Positions 33,009 through 41,859 of a DNA stretch of 64,000 nucleotides are shown one piece after another. This stretch comes from an uncultured delta proteobacterium. Its GTDB lineage: Bacteria; Myxococcota; Kuafuiibacteriia; Kuafuiibacteriales; Kuafuiibacteriaceae. The stretch covers positions 160,001-224,000 of the forward strand of contig CAWDML010000014.1 of the NCBI GenBank assembly GCA_963803435.1. The letters run 5' to 3'. The stretch's first letter is position 1. Each line of letters opens with the position of its first letter. Both the position numbers and the translations under genes were made by a program. The notes beneath the pieces were generated by a model, which searched no databases, was not told the origin of the DNA, and saw only the letters and a list, made by a program, of their open reading frames with translations.

Positions 33009-34010
33009 TCACGAAGCGAAGGCGGCCTTCATAAAGGCCTCGAGCGAGCGGAGCAGGCGCTCACGCTCGCGGGTCGGGAGCACGATCAACAGCGTCACCG
33101 AGAAGCTCCGGCCCTCGACGCTCATCCCGATGGTGATGACCACGTGCGAGCGCGCCTCCGGATGCTTGCACAGCGGTTCGAGCGCGGCGATGCCGCTGCC
33201 GAGCACCGACGGCCGGCCGAAACGAACCGCAGCGGAGAGCTGTGATCCGATCGACGCCAGCGCGGCTCCGATCAGGATGTTCGCCATCTCGAGCACGAGC
33301 TCGTGATCGCTCGACTCCTGCGCGATGGAGGAGAGCAGCGTGCGGAGCTCGCTCATCTGCTGGACGTCGAACACGGCGATCGCCTCACCGCGGAGGTCGC
33401 CCGTGAAGGCTTGCTGCACGACGAGCGCGGATTGCGCCGAGCGCGAACGCTCGAGGTGCGCGAGATACTCCGACATCGACTGCGACTCCGGGACGGAGAT
33501 CTCGAGGAAGGTCCCGAGCACCTCGGCGAGCGCCGCGGAGGCCTGACCCATGCCGATGTTGACGATCTCGGCCAGCGCGTCGAGCTTCTCCTGGTCCATG
33601 ACCTGAGTCGCGAACGGAGCCTCATGGTCGCTCGGCCCGAGCTCGCTCATGCGCTCGCTGACGAGAGTGAGGATCGTGTCCACCTTGGCCTTGTCGAGGG
33701 GCTTGCGGACCATCGCTCGCGCGCCGAGCGCCGTCACCCGCTCCCGGGCCTTGGGCTGGACGTCGGCGGAGACGACCACCACCACGCTGCTCGACTGCTC
33801 GGCCTTCATCGCCTCGAGGACCTGGTAGCCGGTCGTCCGGGGCATGTTGAGATCCAGGAGCACGAGGGCGGGCTGGTGCTCGCGCCAGCTGGCCAGCGCT
33901 TCGTCTCCATCCTTCGCCTCGATGCACTCGATCCCCCGATCCTCGAGCACCTGCCGGAGCGCGCGGCGAGCGAAGGCGGAATCATCGGCGACCAGGACCT
34001 TGGACGACAT
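33009..34010 (-). CDS. Response regulator receiver fused to a CheC-type phosphatase domain
   Basis: VLVADDS, LLDLNMP, KP; CheC motifs EIVNIGMG and EMANIL. Confidence 0.88.
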   Translation of the reverse strand: MSSKVLVADDSAFARRALRQVLEDRGIECIEAKDGDEALASWREHQPALVLLDLNMPRTTGYQVLEAMKAEQSSSVVVVVSADVQPKARERVTALGARAMVRKPLDKAKVDTILTLVSERMSELGPSDHEAPFATQVMDQEKLDALAEIVNIGMGQASAALAEVLGTFLEISVPESQSMSEYLAHLERSRSAQSALVVQQAFTGDLRGEAIAVFDVQQMSELRTLLSSIAQESSDHELVLEMANILIGAALASIGSQLSAAVRFGRPSVLGSGIAALEPLCKHPEARSHVVITIGMSVEGRSFSVTLLIVLPTRERERLLRSLEAFMKAAFAS

Positions 34011-34075
34011 GCTCACCTGGATTCGTCCCGGCTGCGCCGCCCTTAAGGCCTACCGCCCGCGGGCGATTCCCCGGT

Positions 34076-34651
34076 GTGATGCAACGGTCCGACGTCTGGA
34101 TAGTGGGCGGCCTGGCCGCTGTCCTGGTCTCCGTGGTGGGCGCGATGGCGTATCTCGGCGCCTATCAGAACGCCCCCGGAGCGAGCGGTGAGACGCCAGC
34201 GCTGTGGCCGTCGGAGAGCAGGATCCCGCGTGAGCCGAACAAGCCGATCCTGATCATGTTCGCCCATCCCATGTGCAGCTGCACGCGCGCCAGCCTCACG
34301 GAGCTTCGCGATCTCGTCTCCGAGCTCGGGGGTCGGTTCACCCGCTTCGTCTACTTCGCGCCACCCTGGGGCGACAGCGACCTCTGGAGCGACGCCCGCT
34401 CGATCGACGGCTTGCAGGTGGCGAAGGATACGGACGAGTACGAGGCGCACCTCTTCGGAGCGCGCACCTCCGGCTACGTCGTCGTGTACGACGAGGCCGG
34501 TCGGCTAAGGTACAGCGGCGGCATCACGCGCGCCCGAAGTCACGTCGGTGACAACACCGGTCTGAGAAACATCGCCGCGCTGCTGAGGAAACAGACCGAC
34601 ACGGCATTCAAGGGCCCCGTCTTCGGCTGCCCGCTCGAGGATCCCGAATGA
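34076..34651 (+). CDS. RedB-like periplasmic thioredoxin-fold protein
   Basis: N-terminal TM, WP, MFAHPMCSCTRASL, FGARTSG, YSGGIT, PVFGC. Confidence 0.7.
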   Translation: MMQRSDVWIVGGLAAVLVSVVGAMAYLGAYQNAPGASGETPALWPSESRIPREPNKPILIMFAHPMCSCTRASLTELRDLVSELGGRFTRFVYFAPPWGDSDLWSDARSIDGLQVAKDTDEYEAHLFGARTSGYVVVYDEAGRLRYSGGITRARSHVGDNTGLRNIAALLRKQTDTAFKGPVFGCPLEDPE

Positions 34652-36759
34652 ACCAGAACCCCGACCTCGACGAGGTGCTCTTCCGAGAGCATCTCCATCA
34701 AGTCTATTGCCGTAGGGATCGAGCCTTTGCGTGGCTGATGGGCGCGCAATGGCTCTTCGCGATCTTCGTGGCGCTCGTCCTGTCGCCCTACGCGTGGGCC
34801 GGGAAGGTTCACACCACCCACCTCCACCTGTACTACGCGATCCTGGTCGGAGGCGCGCTGAGCCTTCCCACCATCCTGCTCGCGATCTATCGCCCGGGCT
34901 GGGTCGTGACGCGACACTGGGTGGCGATCACTCAGATGCTCTGGTCCGCTCTTCTGATCCACCTGACCGGCGGCCGCATCGAGACCCACTTTCACGTGTT
35001 CGGCTCGCTGGCATTCATCGCGTTCTATCGGGACTGGCGCGTACTCGTCACGGCGACGGTCGTCGTCGCAGCCGATCACCTGATCCGCGGCATCATCTGG
35101 CCGGAGTCCGTCTACGGTGTGACCAACCCGGAGTGGTGGCGCTTCCTCGAGCACGCGTTCTGGGTCGTGTTCGAGAACGTCGTCCTGGTGATGGGCATCG
35201 TCGAGAGCCACGGAGAGATGCGCGCCCTCGCCGCCCGCCAGACCGACCTCGAGGAGCGCGTCGCCAAGCGCACCACCGAGGTGGTGGCTGCCAAACGCGA
35301 GGTCTCCGACATCCTGGATCACATGGGCGACGCCATCTTCACCGTGGGAGAGGATGGCAAGATCAGCCGCGAGTTCTCTGCGCCCTGCCGCACGCTGTTC
35401 AGGACCGGCTTCATCGCCCATCGATCGGTGCTCCAGCTGCTCGATCTCGAGCGTCCTGGGGTCTCGGAGCCGCGGTCGCGTCTGGAGGGGTTCCTCTCCA
35501 CGGTGATCGGCGCCGACGACCTGCAGTGGACCCTCTCGGAAGGCGACGCTCCGGCCGAGCTCGAGATCGACGGGCGCATCGTCGAGATCACGTACGCGCC
35601 GATCTATCGGGACAGCGTCGTGCACCGGGTGATGTTCGTCTGCCGCGACGTGACCCGCGTCCGCGAGCTGGCGGTCGAGGTCGAGAGGAAGGGGGAGCAA
35701 AACCGCTCGATGCTCGAGCGGATCGCGCAGATCGCCGCCATCGAACCCCGGATCCTGACCACGTTCCTCGACGAGAGCGTCGGGCTCCTCTCGACGGTCC
35801 GCGAGTCGGTCCACGAGCCCACCACCGAGGAGTCCCTCCAGCGCGCCCGCCGCGCGCTCCACACGCTGAAGGGGAACTCACGCGCCTACGGGATGGTGGC
35901 GCTGTCGCAGGCGGTCCACGATGCGGAGCGGGAGCTCAGGCCGGCGCAGCTGGCGGTGATCGAAGAGCTCTTCGGCGAGTTCGAGCGCCTGGGGCGCGAG
36001 GTGATCGCGCGCCGATCCTCGACCGGGATCCACGACGCCAGTCGCCTCGAGCCGATCATGGGCGCAGCGCAGCGCTTGGCCGCGCAGCTCGACACGGAGT
36101 TCGCCGGTGTGGGTGCTGATGAGCGCAGACGGCTCCGGGAGCTGCTCGACGCGCTCATCGAGCTGCCGCTCGTCCCGTTCTCTACCCTGCTCCCGCGACT
36201 CGAGGGTGTCGCCAAGGACGTGGCGGCCCAGGTCGGAAAGCCGGCCCCCGAGCTCCAGACCTCCCTCGACGGCTGGCTCGCCGAGGCGCCCGTCCTGGAG
36301 AAGCTGGGCGGCGTGCTCACGCAGCTGGTCCGCAACGCCGTCGACCACGGCCTCGAGCTCCCGGAGCAGCGAACCGACGCCTCCAAGCACAAGCGCGGCC
36401 GATTATCGCTGGCCGCGCGTGTCGCCGGCGATCAGCTCCACCTGGAGGTCGGCGACGACGGCCGTGGCCTCGATCCGGATCGGATCCGCCGCCTCGCCCT
36501 CAGCCGACGTCTGATCAGCGAGAATGACGCGGCGATGAACGATGATGACGCGGCGATCGCGCTCTTGTTCCAACCCGGGTTCAGCACCGCCACCCAGGTC
36601 ACCGAGATCTCCGGGCGCGGCGTCGGTCTCGACGTGGTGCGGAGCTCGATCCGCGAGCTCGGAGGAGACGTCGCGGTGCGCTCCGACGCGGGTCGGGGCA
36701 CCACCTTCATGCTGTCATTGCCACTGTCGTGCGCCCGGCTGGCTCGCAGCGTTGCGTGA
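34648..36759 (+). CDS. Membrane-bound CheA-like histidine kinase (multi-TM sensor, PAS-like, Hpt, HATPase; no CheW domain)
   Basis: About 6 TM helices with GRIETHFH; Hpt LHTLKGNS; CheA-type LVRNAVDHG, DDGRGLD, FQPGFST, SGRGVGLDVV. Confidence 0.88.
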   Translation: MNQNPDLDEVLFREHLHQVYCRRDRAFAWLMGAQWLFAIFVALVLSPYAWAGKVHTTHLHLYYAILVGGALSLPTILLAIYRPGWVVTRHWVAITQMLWSALLIHLTGGRIETHFHVFGSLAFIAFYRDWRVLVTATVVVAADHLIRGIIWPESVYGVTNPEWWRFLEHAFWVVFENVVLVMGIVESHGEMRALAARQTDLEERVAKRTTEVVAAKREVSDILDHMGDAIFTVGEDGKISREFSAPCRTLFRTGFIAHRSVLQLLDLERPGVSEPRSRLEGFLSTVIGADDLQWTLSEGDAPAELEIDGRIVEITYAPIYRDSVVHRVMFVCRDVTRVRELAVEVERKGEQNRSMLERIAQIAAIEPRILTTFLDESVGLLSTVRESVHEPTTEESLQRARRALHTLKGNSRAYGMVALSQAVHDAERELRPAQLAVIEELFGEFERLGREVIARRSSTGIHDASRLEPIMGAAQRLAAQLDTEFAGVGADERRRLRELLDALIELPLVPFSTLLPRLEGVAKDVAAQVGKPAPELQTSLDGWLAEAPVLEKLGGVLTQLVRNAVDHGLELPEQRTDASKHKRGRLSLAARVAGDQLHLEVGDDGRGLDPDRIRRLALSRRLISENDAAMNDDDAAIALLFQPGFSTATQVTEISGRGVGLDVVRSSIRELGGDVAVRSDAGRGTTFMLSLPLSCARLARSVA

Positions 36760-36809
36760 TGGCGGCGGCCGCGATCCAGGACCGCGGCCGCATCACCTAG
36801 AGACGCGGA

Positions 36810-37007
36810 TCAGATGCCTCGCATCCAGTCGTCGACTTCCTTCTCCGCGCGGTCCTTCTCGTAGCCGTAACGCTCTCGGATACGACCGACGAGCTCCTCA
36901 CGCCGCCCTTCCACCTTGGACAGATCGTCGTCGGTGAGCTTGCCCCACTTGGTGCGCGCCTTCCCCTTGACCTGCTCCCACTTACCCTTCATTTGATCCC
37001 AATTCAT
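36810..37007 (-). CDS. csbD: CsbD family general stress protein
   Basis: MNWDQMKGKWEQVKG...WGKLTDDDL...GRIRERYG; RBS AAGGAG. Confidence 0.92.
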   Translation of the reverse strand: MNWDQMKGKWEQVKGKARTKWGKLTDDDLSKVEGRREELVGRIRERYGYEKDRAEKEVDDWMRGI

Positions 37008-37185
37008 GATTGTCACTCCTTCCGTATCGCGCTCATCGTCAGGCTGATCTCGAGCGCCCGCGGTCACGGTGCAGGTTTCGGACCCGGCGTTTTTCGCGGT
37101 CGCGGCACGGTTCGACCCAGGCTCGAGTCTCAGAGGCGCACAGCACGCGCGCGCGCTCGAGCCTTCTTGCCTCGGGGCGGGGGCC

Positions 37186-37620
37186 CTACTTCGCGTGGAA
37201 GAATGCACCGAGCGGCGGCGCCATGTTCTCGGGGACGTCCTCCTTCCAGGCACCCCCGTCGATGCGCCGGCCGGTCGGCTTGCCGTCGGCGTCGAGCGCG
37301 AGCCAGGCTGGGATGGCGCGGACGTCCATGGCCTCCGCGTCGTCGCCGAAGTGATCGAAGTCGGCGACCACGATGTACGTACCCTCGAGCGCCTGCTGCA
37401 TCCGCGGATCGTCGAGGTGGCTCTTGAAGGCGTTGCAGGGCCCGCACCAGGTCGCGGAGAACTCGAGGTACGGCGCCAGGCCGAGCGCGCTCGCCTTCTT
37501 CGACTCGGCGGCCAGCGCGGTGCTCAGGTCGCCGCTGTTGGGCACGTGGACGAGCATCGACCGGGGCTTCGCAGCCGGACAGCCGGCGATGAGGAGGCCG
37601 AAGAGCAGGAGTCGCTTCAC
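37186..37620 (-). CDS. Thioredoxin-family lipoprotein
   Basis: Lipobox IAGC, FSATWCGPC, cis-Pro motif AIP. Confidence 0.85.
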   Translation of the reverse strand: MKRLLLFGLLIAGCPAAKPRSMLVHVPNSGDLSTALAAESKKASALGLAPYLEFSATWCGPCNAFKSHLDDPRMQQALEGTYIVVADFDHFGDDAEAMDVRAIPAWLALDADGKPTGRRIDGGAWKEDVPENMAPPLGAFFHAK

Positions 37621-37812
37621 GCTTGCATCATACGCTCGGGGCCACGTATTCGTCCTCACGGCGCTACCAGATCGGATACTTCGGCTTCGGCGGCGGCACG
37701 ACCAGCGCCTCGCTCGGAGTGGCGGCGCGCACCGCGCTGGCGATCGTCGCCGGGCGAGACCGGTCTCAGGTCGAGAACCCGGCGAAGAACGATGAAGGCC
37801 TGATCGTCGGCC

Positions 37813-39711
37813 TCACCTATCCGGAGGCGCGAGCGTGGAGGCGCGCGGGAATGGATCGCGCCACCGCCGGAGCCATCGCGCTGGGCGAAGGAACATGAGC
37901 GCGCCCAGGAGCAGGAGCAGCCACGCGCCCGTTCCGCCGCGCACGCTCGAGCAGCCGTCGTAGCCGTCGTCGTGATCCACGACCAGAAAGTTGGGGCCGT
38001 CCGGCGGATAGCACTGCTGGTTGGGCGCACCGGTGGGATAGATCGAGCAGATGCCGTTGATGTCGTCGCTCTCCAGCGTGCGCTTCTTCGACTCGCACGG
38101 CGGCGCGCTCGCGAACATGGTCACGTCCTGGTAGCGAGGCGTGTTGGGGGGATGATCGAGGCCGATCACGTGGCCGACCTCGTGCGTGATCGTGTTGCGA
38201 AGATCCATCGTGCCGTCGTTGGGCACGCAGGTCTCGTCGACCCGGACGAAGTCGAAGAACTCGTCGTTGATCTCGATGTCTGCGTCGACCACCTCGCCGG
38301 TCCGCGTGTCGTACGCGCTGGTGGTCACCGCCAGCGCCGATTGCTCGTAGGGCCAGCCCGTCGACAGCGCGACCACCACGTTCTTGTTGTCGCCGCCTTG
38401 CTGGTAGCCGGCGCTCAGGTTGCGAAAGACGCCGGCCATCGGCAGCGTGAGATCGGAGCAGGGTACGTCCTCCCAGGCCTGGAAGGAGGCCCGCACGTCC
38501 TCCTCGACGGTGGCGCGATCCGCGTAGAGATCGAAGAGCGCCTCGTCCGCGTACCACTCGATCGTGCGGGTCTTCCAGATCAGCGAGGGGCCGAAGTCGG
38601 TGCCCACCCGGCTGCACTTGAACGCCAAGGCATCGCTCGGGCCCAGCGCGCTCAGAGCGAGGACGACGGTCAGCAGGACCCCCGATCTCGCCGTCCTCCA
38701 CCTTCTCCGTGCCGCGAGCATGATGGCCACGAGGACGATCCCCAGCATGGCGCCGTTTCGGCTGCCTTGTCGATGGGTCGTACAGCCGCACCCGCCGCCG
38801 GGTGACCCCGGCCTCTCGCAGGGCGCCGGCGCGACCACGCTGTACAGCGCGCCGTACAGACCCGTGGCGGGATCGCGGACGATCAGATCGGCGCCGTCCC
38901 AACCCTCCTCCAGCGGCACCTCGCCACCAGCGGCGCGGCGAAGGGAGACCTCGAGCGTCGGCGGGGTCACGCCGCGGATCACGAGCGCCCCTCCCGGACA
39001 CTCGCGGAGAAGCTCGAGCGGCACGGGCACCTCGCCCGTCGCCGTCCCCGCGTAGTGCACGGCCAGGCCCTCGCGGTCGTCGTCGCCCAGCGTACGGCGC
39101 TCCACACCGGGCGCCAGCGTTGGCGCCATGATCGCTCCCAGGATCCGGTCGCGCTCCGACTCGGGCAACGAGAAGCAGGACGGATGACGGGTCCCAGGAT
39201 CGCCACAGGGATGTGCGAGTCCGAGCACGTGACCGAATTCGTGGGCCACCACGCTCTGGGCGTCGAAGCCGTCGGCGCCGGTGAAGGAGAAGGTCTGTCC
39301 GTTCAGGAAGACGTCCGCCTCGAGGATGCGTCCGGTGGCCACGTCGTAGGAGAGCTCGGTGTGGGCCACCGTCCGCCCGGCGTCTCCGAAGGCCGCGTTC
39401 CATTCGGAGACGATCGCGATCGTGTTCGAGCCGTCGGTCTCGGCGATCGCGCCGTGCGGCCCCGACCAGCCCGCCTCGACGCCCAGCCTCGACGCGATCA
39501 CCCAGGTGTCGGCGGCGGCGCGGCACGCCGCAGCGAAGCGCTCGCCCTCGGGGTCGCCGAGCGTGAAGACAGCGCCGTACTCGAACGCGGATGGGGACCA
39601 ACGGAGCTCCGCGCCCGTGGAGGTGTGGGTCAGCTCGAACGCGTACGCTTCGTTTGAAACGAAGAAGCCCGCAACCAGTCCGATCGCCGCGCGCGTCGCG
39701 TGTGCGATCAC
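37813..39711 (-). CDS. Two tandem matrixin-type (M10/metzincin) metalloprotease units, each with a MYXO-CTERM-like tail, read as one ORF
   Basis: HEFGHVLGLAH and HEVGHVIGLDH with Met-turns. Tails GGGCGC...TM...RRR (~38800-38701) and DGCSS...TM...RR; an internal signal-peptide-like segment follows the first tail. Confidence 0.85.
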   Translation of the reverse strand: MIAHATRAAIGLVAGFFVSNEAYAFELTHTSTGAELRWSPSAFEYGAVFTLGDPEGERFAAACRAAADTWVIASRLGVEAGWSGPHGAIAETDGSNTIAIVSEWNAAFGDAGRTVAHTELSYDVATGRILEADVFLNGQTFSFTGADGFDAQSVVAHEFGHVLGLAHPCGDPGTRHPSCFSLPESERDRILGAIMAPTLAPGVERRTLGDDDREGLAVHYAGTATGEVPVPLELLRECPGGALVIRGVTPPTLEVSLRRAAGGEVPLEEGWDGADLIVRDPATGLYGALYSVVAPAPCERPGSPGGGCGCTTHRQGSRNGAMLGIVLVAIMLAARRRWRTARSGVLLTVVLALSALGPSDALAFKCSRVGTDFGPSLIWKTRTIEWYADEALFDLYADRATVEEDVRASFQAWEDVPCSDLTLPMAGVFRNLSAGYQQGGDNKNVVVALSTGWPYEQSALAVTTSAYDTRTGEVVDADIEINDEFFDFVRVDETCVPNDGTMDLRNTITHEVGHVIGLDHPPNTPRYQDVTMFASAPPCESKKRTLESDDINGICSIYPTGAPNQQCYPPDGPNFLVVDHDDGYDGCSSVRGGTGAWLLLLLGALMFLRPARWLRRWRDPFPRASTLAPPDR

Positions 39712-40370
39712 TGGCCGTTCGGCGTGCTGGCGGGCGGAGTCACGGGCGGGGTCGTGTCGACCTTCGGCTGCGCGGGCTCTTGCGGGACCGGCGTGGCCCC
39801 CCCGGCGCCTTGGACGCGGGCCCGGAGCGTCGACAGCGGGATGCGGGCGGCGTCGACGTTCGTGGGATCGATCTTCATCCCGCCGCCGTCGCCGGGCTTC
39901 GCGAAGGCGAGCCCCTCGACGCTCGGCACCGCGAACGCAGCGCCCTTCTCGGCGCGCTCGACGTGAAACTTGCCCTGGCTCATGCCGATGACCTGGAACT
40001 CGGTGGCGTCGACGGGATCGGGGCGAAGGAAGACCACGACCTCCTCGGCGAGCGTGAACTGCGGCGTCCCGCTGACCTTCATGCCGATAGTTCCGACCTC
40101 GCCGCCGAGCGTGCGGACCACGACGCTGTCCGGGATGGAGCCCTTGGTACGCACGCGCTCGAGGATCTGGATCTCGGTGTACGTATAGATCCGCCGATGT
40201 GTGTCGTCCCAGGCGGCCTGGCTGTTGACGACCCGACCCCGCGCCACGCACGTCGCCTCGGCTGCCATCTGCTCGATCGTCATCGGGACGACGATGGTGG
40301 CGTGGGCGTCGGCCGCGGCGAGGGCGACGAACGCAGCGACGGCGAGCGAAGGCGCGCGGAGAAGGGACAT
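39708..40370 (-). CDS. Secreted partner protein of the metalloproteases
   Basis: Signal peptide AHA/T, TIVVPMTIEQM..ARGRV, LGGEVG, VIGMSQGKF; GTGA overlap with the protease gene. Confidence 0.8.
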   Translation of the reverse strand: MSLLRAPSLAVAAFVALAAADAHATIVVPMTIEQMAAEATCVARGRVVNSQAAWDDTHRRIYTYTEIQILERVRTKGSIPDSVVVRTLGGEVGTIGMKVSGTPQFTLAEEVVVFLRPDPVDATEFQVIGMSQGKFHVERAEKGAAFAVPSVEGLAFAKPGDGGGMKIDPTNVDAARIPLSTLRARVQGAGGATPVPQEPAQPKVDTTPPVTPPASTPNGQ

Positions 40371-40400
40371 GGCGCCAGTCTAGAGTATGCTCCCGGCCGC

Positions 40401-41210
40401 GTGGAAGCCTCGGACCTCGAGCGCAGGCTGGCGGCGCGTTTCCCGGCTATGGCGGCCGTTCTGCGGGGGTTCGACCCTCGTGTGACCCTCATCATGACGC
40501 TGGCCGCGGTGCTGCTGCTCCTGTTCCGGAAGTTCGGCGGCTCCAGCACCTTCGAGCAGCATCTGCGGCCCGCCGCCTGGGCCACGGACCACTACCTGTC
40601 AGTCTACGGCGATCTGTACTGGTTCCTCGCGTGCTTCGTCCTCCTCGGCGTGGTCCCGCTCGTGCTCTCCACCGTCCCTCCGCTCCGCCCGCAGTCGCTT
40701 CGGGACGCCCTCGGGCTCGGCCTGGGCGACTGGCGCTTCGGCCTCAAGTGGACCGCGATCCTCTACGCGGTGATGCTCCCGATCCTCGCCGTCGCCAGCC
40801 TCACCTCGACGTTCTCGCAGTACTACCCGTTGAACGGGCTGCTCGGGAACGAGGCGGTCGCCTTCGTCTCGGGCGAGGACACGCACGCTGGCTTCCTCGC
40901 GATCTTCGCGACGTACGAGCTCCTCTACGGCATCTACTTCCTGGGCTGGGAGTTCTTCTTCCGCGGATGGCTCACCTTCAGCCTGTATCCTCGCTTCGGC
41001 GTCAACAGCGTCCTGATCGGCACCATCCCCTTCGCGCTGATGCACGTGGGCAAGCCGTTCCCGGAGGCGCTCGGGTCGGTCGTCGGGGGCCTGGCGCTCG
41101 GCCTGTTCGCGCTGCGGGCGCGCTCCTTCTGGTACTGCTTCCTCCTGCACGCGCTGATCGCGTGGACCATGGACGCGGCCGCGCTCGCCGTCCGGGCATC
41201 CGGACATTGA
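40401..41210 (+). CDS. CPBP (CAAX/Abi) intramembrane glutamic protease; candidate myxosortase
   Basis: Multi-TM with WEFFFRG, FALMHVGKP and LLHALIA motifs. Start GTG 40401 or ATG 40449. Confidence 0.85.
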   Translation: MEASDLERRLAARFPAMAAVLRGFDPRVTLIMTLAAVLLLLFRKFGGSSTFEQHLRPAAWATDHYLSVYGDLYWFLACFVLLGVVPLVLSTVPPLRPQSLRDALGLGLGDWRFGLKWTAILYAVMLPILAVASLTSTFSQYYPLNGLLGNEAVAFVSGEDTHAGFLAIFATYELLYGIYFLGWEFFFRGWLTFSLYPRFGVNSVLIGTIPFALMHVGKPFPEALGSVVGGLALGLFALRARSFWYCFLLHALIAWTMDAAALAVRASGH

Positions 41211-41235
41211 CACCGGCCCGAGCCCGCCCTAACCG
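41207..41235 (+). promoter_or_regulatory. Putative sigma-70 promoter
   Basis: TTGACA-17 nt-TAACCG upstream of the ATG at 41246. Confidence 0.4.
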
Positions 41236-41245
41236 TGGGCGCATC

Positions 41246-41593
41246 ATGCGCGCGCTCGCTCCCCTCCTGCTGCTCGCGATGCTCCTGGCCGTCGCTCCCG
41301 ACGCCTTCGCCGAGCGCGTCTTCGGCGCCACCATCCCCGACGACGTCTCGAAGCTCGACGACACGCGCTACCGGAGCAAGAAGGACTGGGACAAGACGAT
41401 GCGCTCGTTCCGCAACATGTACGACCGCACCAGCGGGGTCGTCTTCCAGCGCATCGCGACCACGCCCAAGGTCCGGAACGCCTACCACATCCAGAACACG
41501 CGCCCGGATCGGCACTGGGACGGGATCAACGTCTACGAGACGGCCGACGGAAAGGTCTTCATCACGGTGCTCCCGGCGGCCCCAAAGAAGTAG
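41246..41593 (+). CDS. Small secreted hypothetical protein
   Basis: Signal peptide MRALAPLLLLAMLLAVAPDAFA, then WDKT...WDGINVYE. Confidence 0.75.
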   Translation: MRALAPLLLLAMLLAVAPDAFAERVFGATIPDDVSKLDDTRYRSKKDWDKTMRSFRNMYDRTSGVVFQRIATTPKVRNAYHIQNTRPDRHWDGINVYETADGKVFITVLPAAPKK

Positions 41594-41634
41594 ACAACGC
41601 TGAAGATCTCGTGGCAGATATACGCCTGCATCGC

Positions 41635-41706
41635 TGGGGTATCGTCTAATTGGCAGGACGGCAGACTCTGGTTCTGTTAGTCGGGGTTCGAGTCCCTGTA
41701 CCCCAA
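41635..41706 (+). tRNA. tRNA-Gln(CTG)
   Basis: Acceptor TGGGGTA/TACCCCA, anticodon arm GCAGA-CTCTGGT-TCTGT, T-loop GGTTCGAGTCC; CCA not encoded. Confidence 0.95.
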
Positions 41707-41720
41707 TGAGAGAGAAGCAA

Positions 41721-41793
41721 GGCCCCATCGTCTAGCGGTCTAGGACGGCGGCCTCTCACGCCGCAGACCGGAGTTCGAGTCTCCGTGGGGTCA
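41721..41793 (+). tRNA. tRNA-Glu(CTC)
   Basis: Acceptor GGCCCCA/TGGGGTC, anticodon arm GCGGC-CTCTCAC-GCCGC, T-loop GTTCGAGT; CCA not encoded. Confidence 0.95.
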
Positions 41794-41802
41794 TCGCGGA
41801 GC

Positions 41803-41838
41803 AAAGGCCACATCCTTCGGGGTGTGGCCTTTTCTTTT
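41803..41838 (+). terminator. Rho-independent terminator after the tRNA pair
   Basis: AAAGGCCACATCC-TTCG-GGGTGTGGCCTTT hairpin followed by TCTTTT. Confidence 0.9.
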
Positions 41839-41859
41839 GGCTGAAGCTACGGGGGGCCC

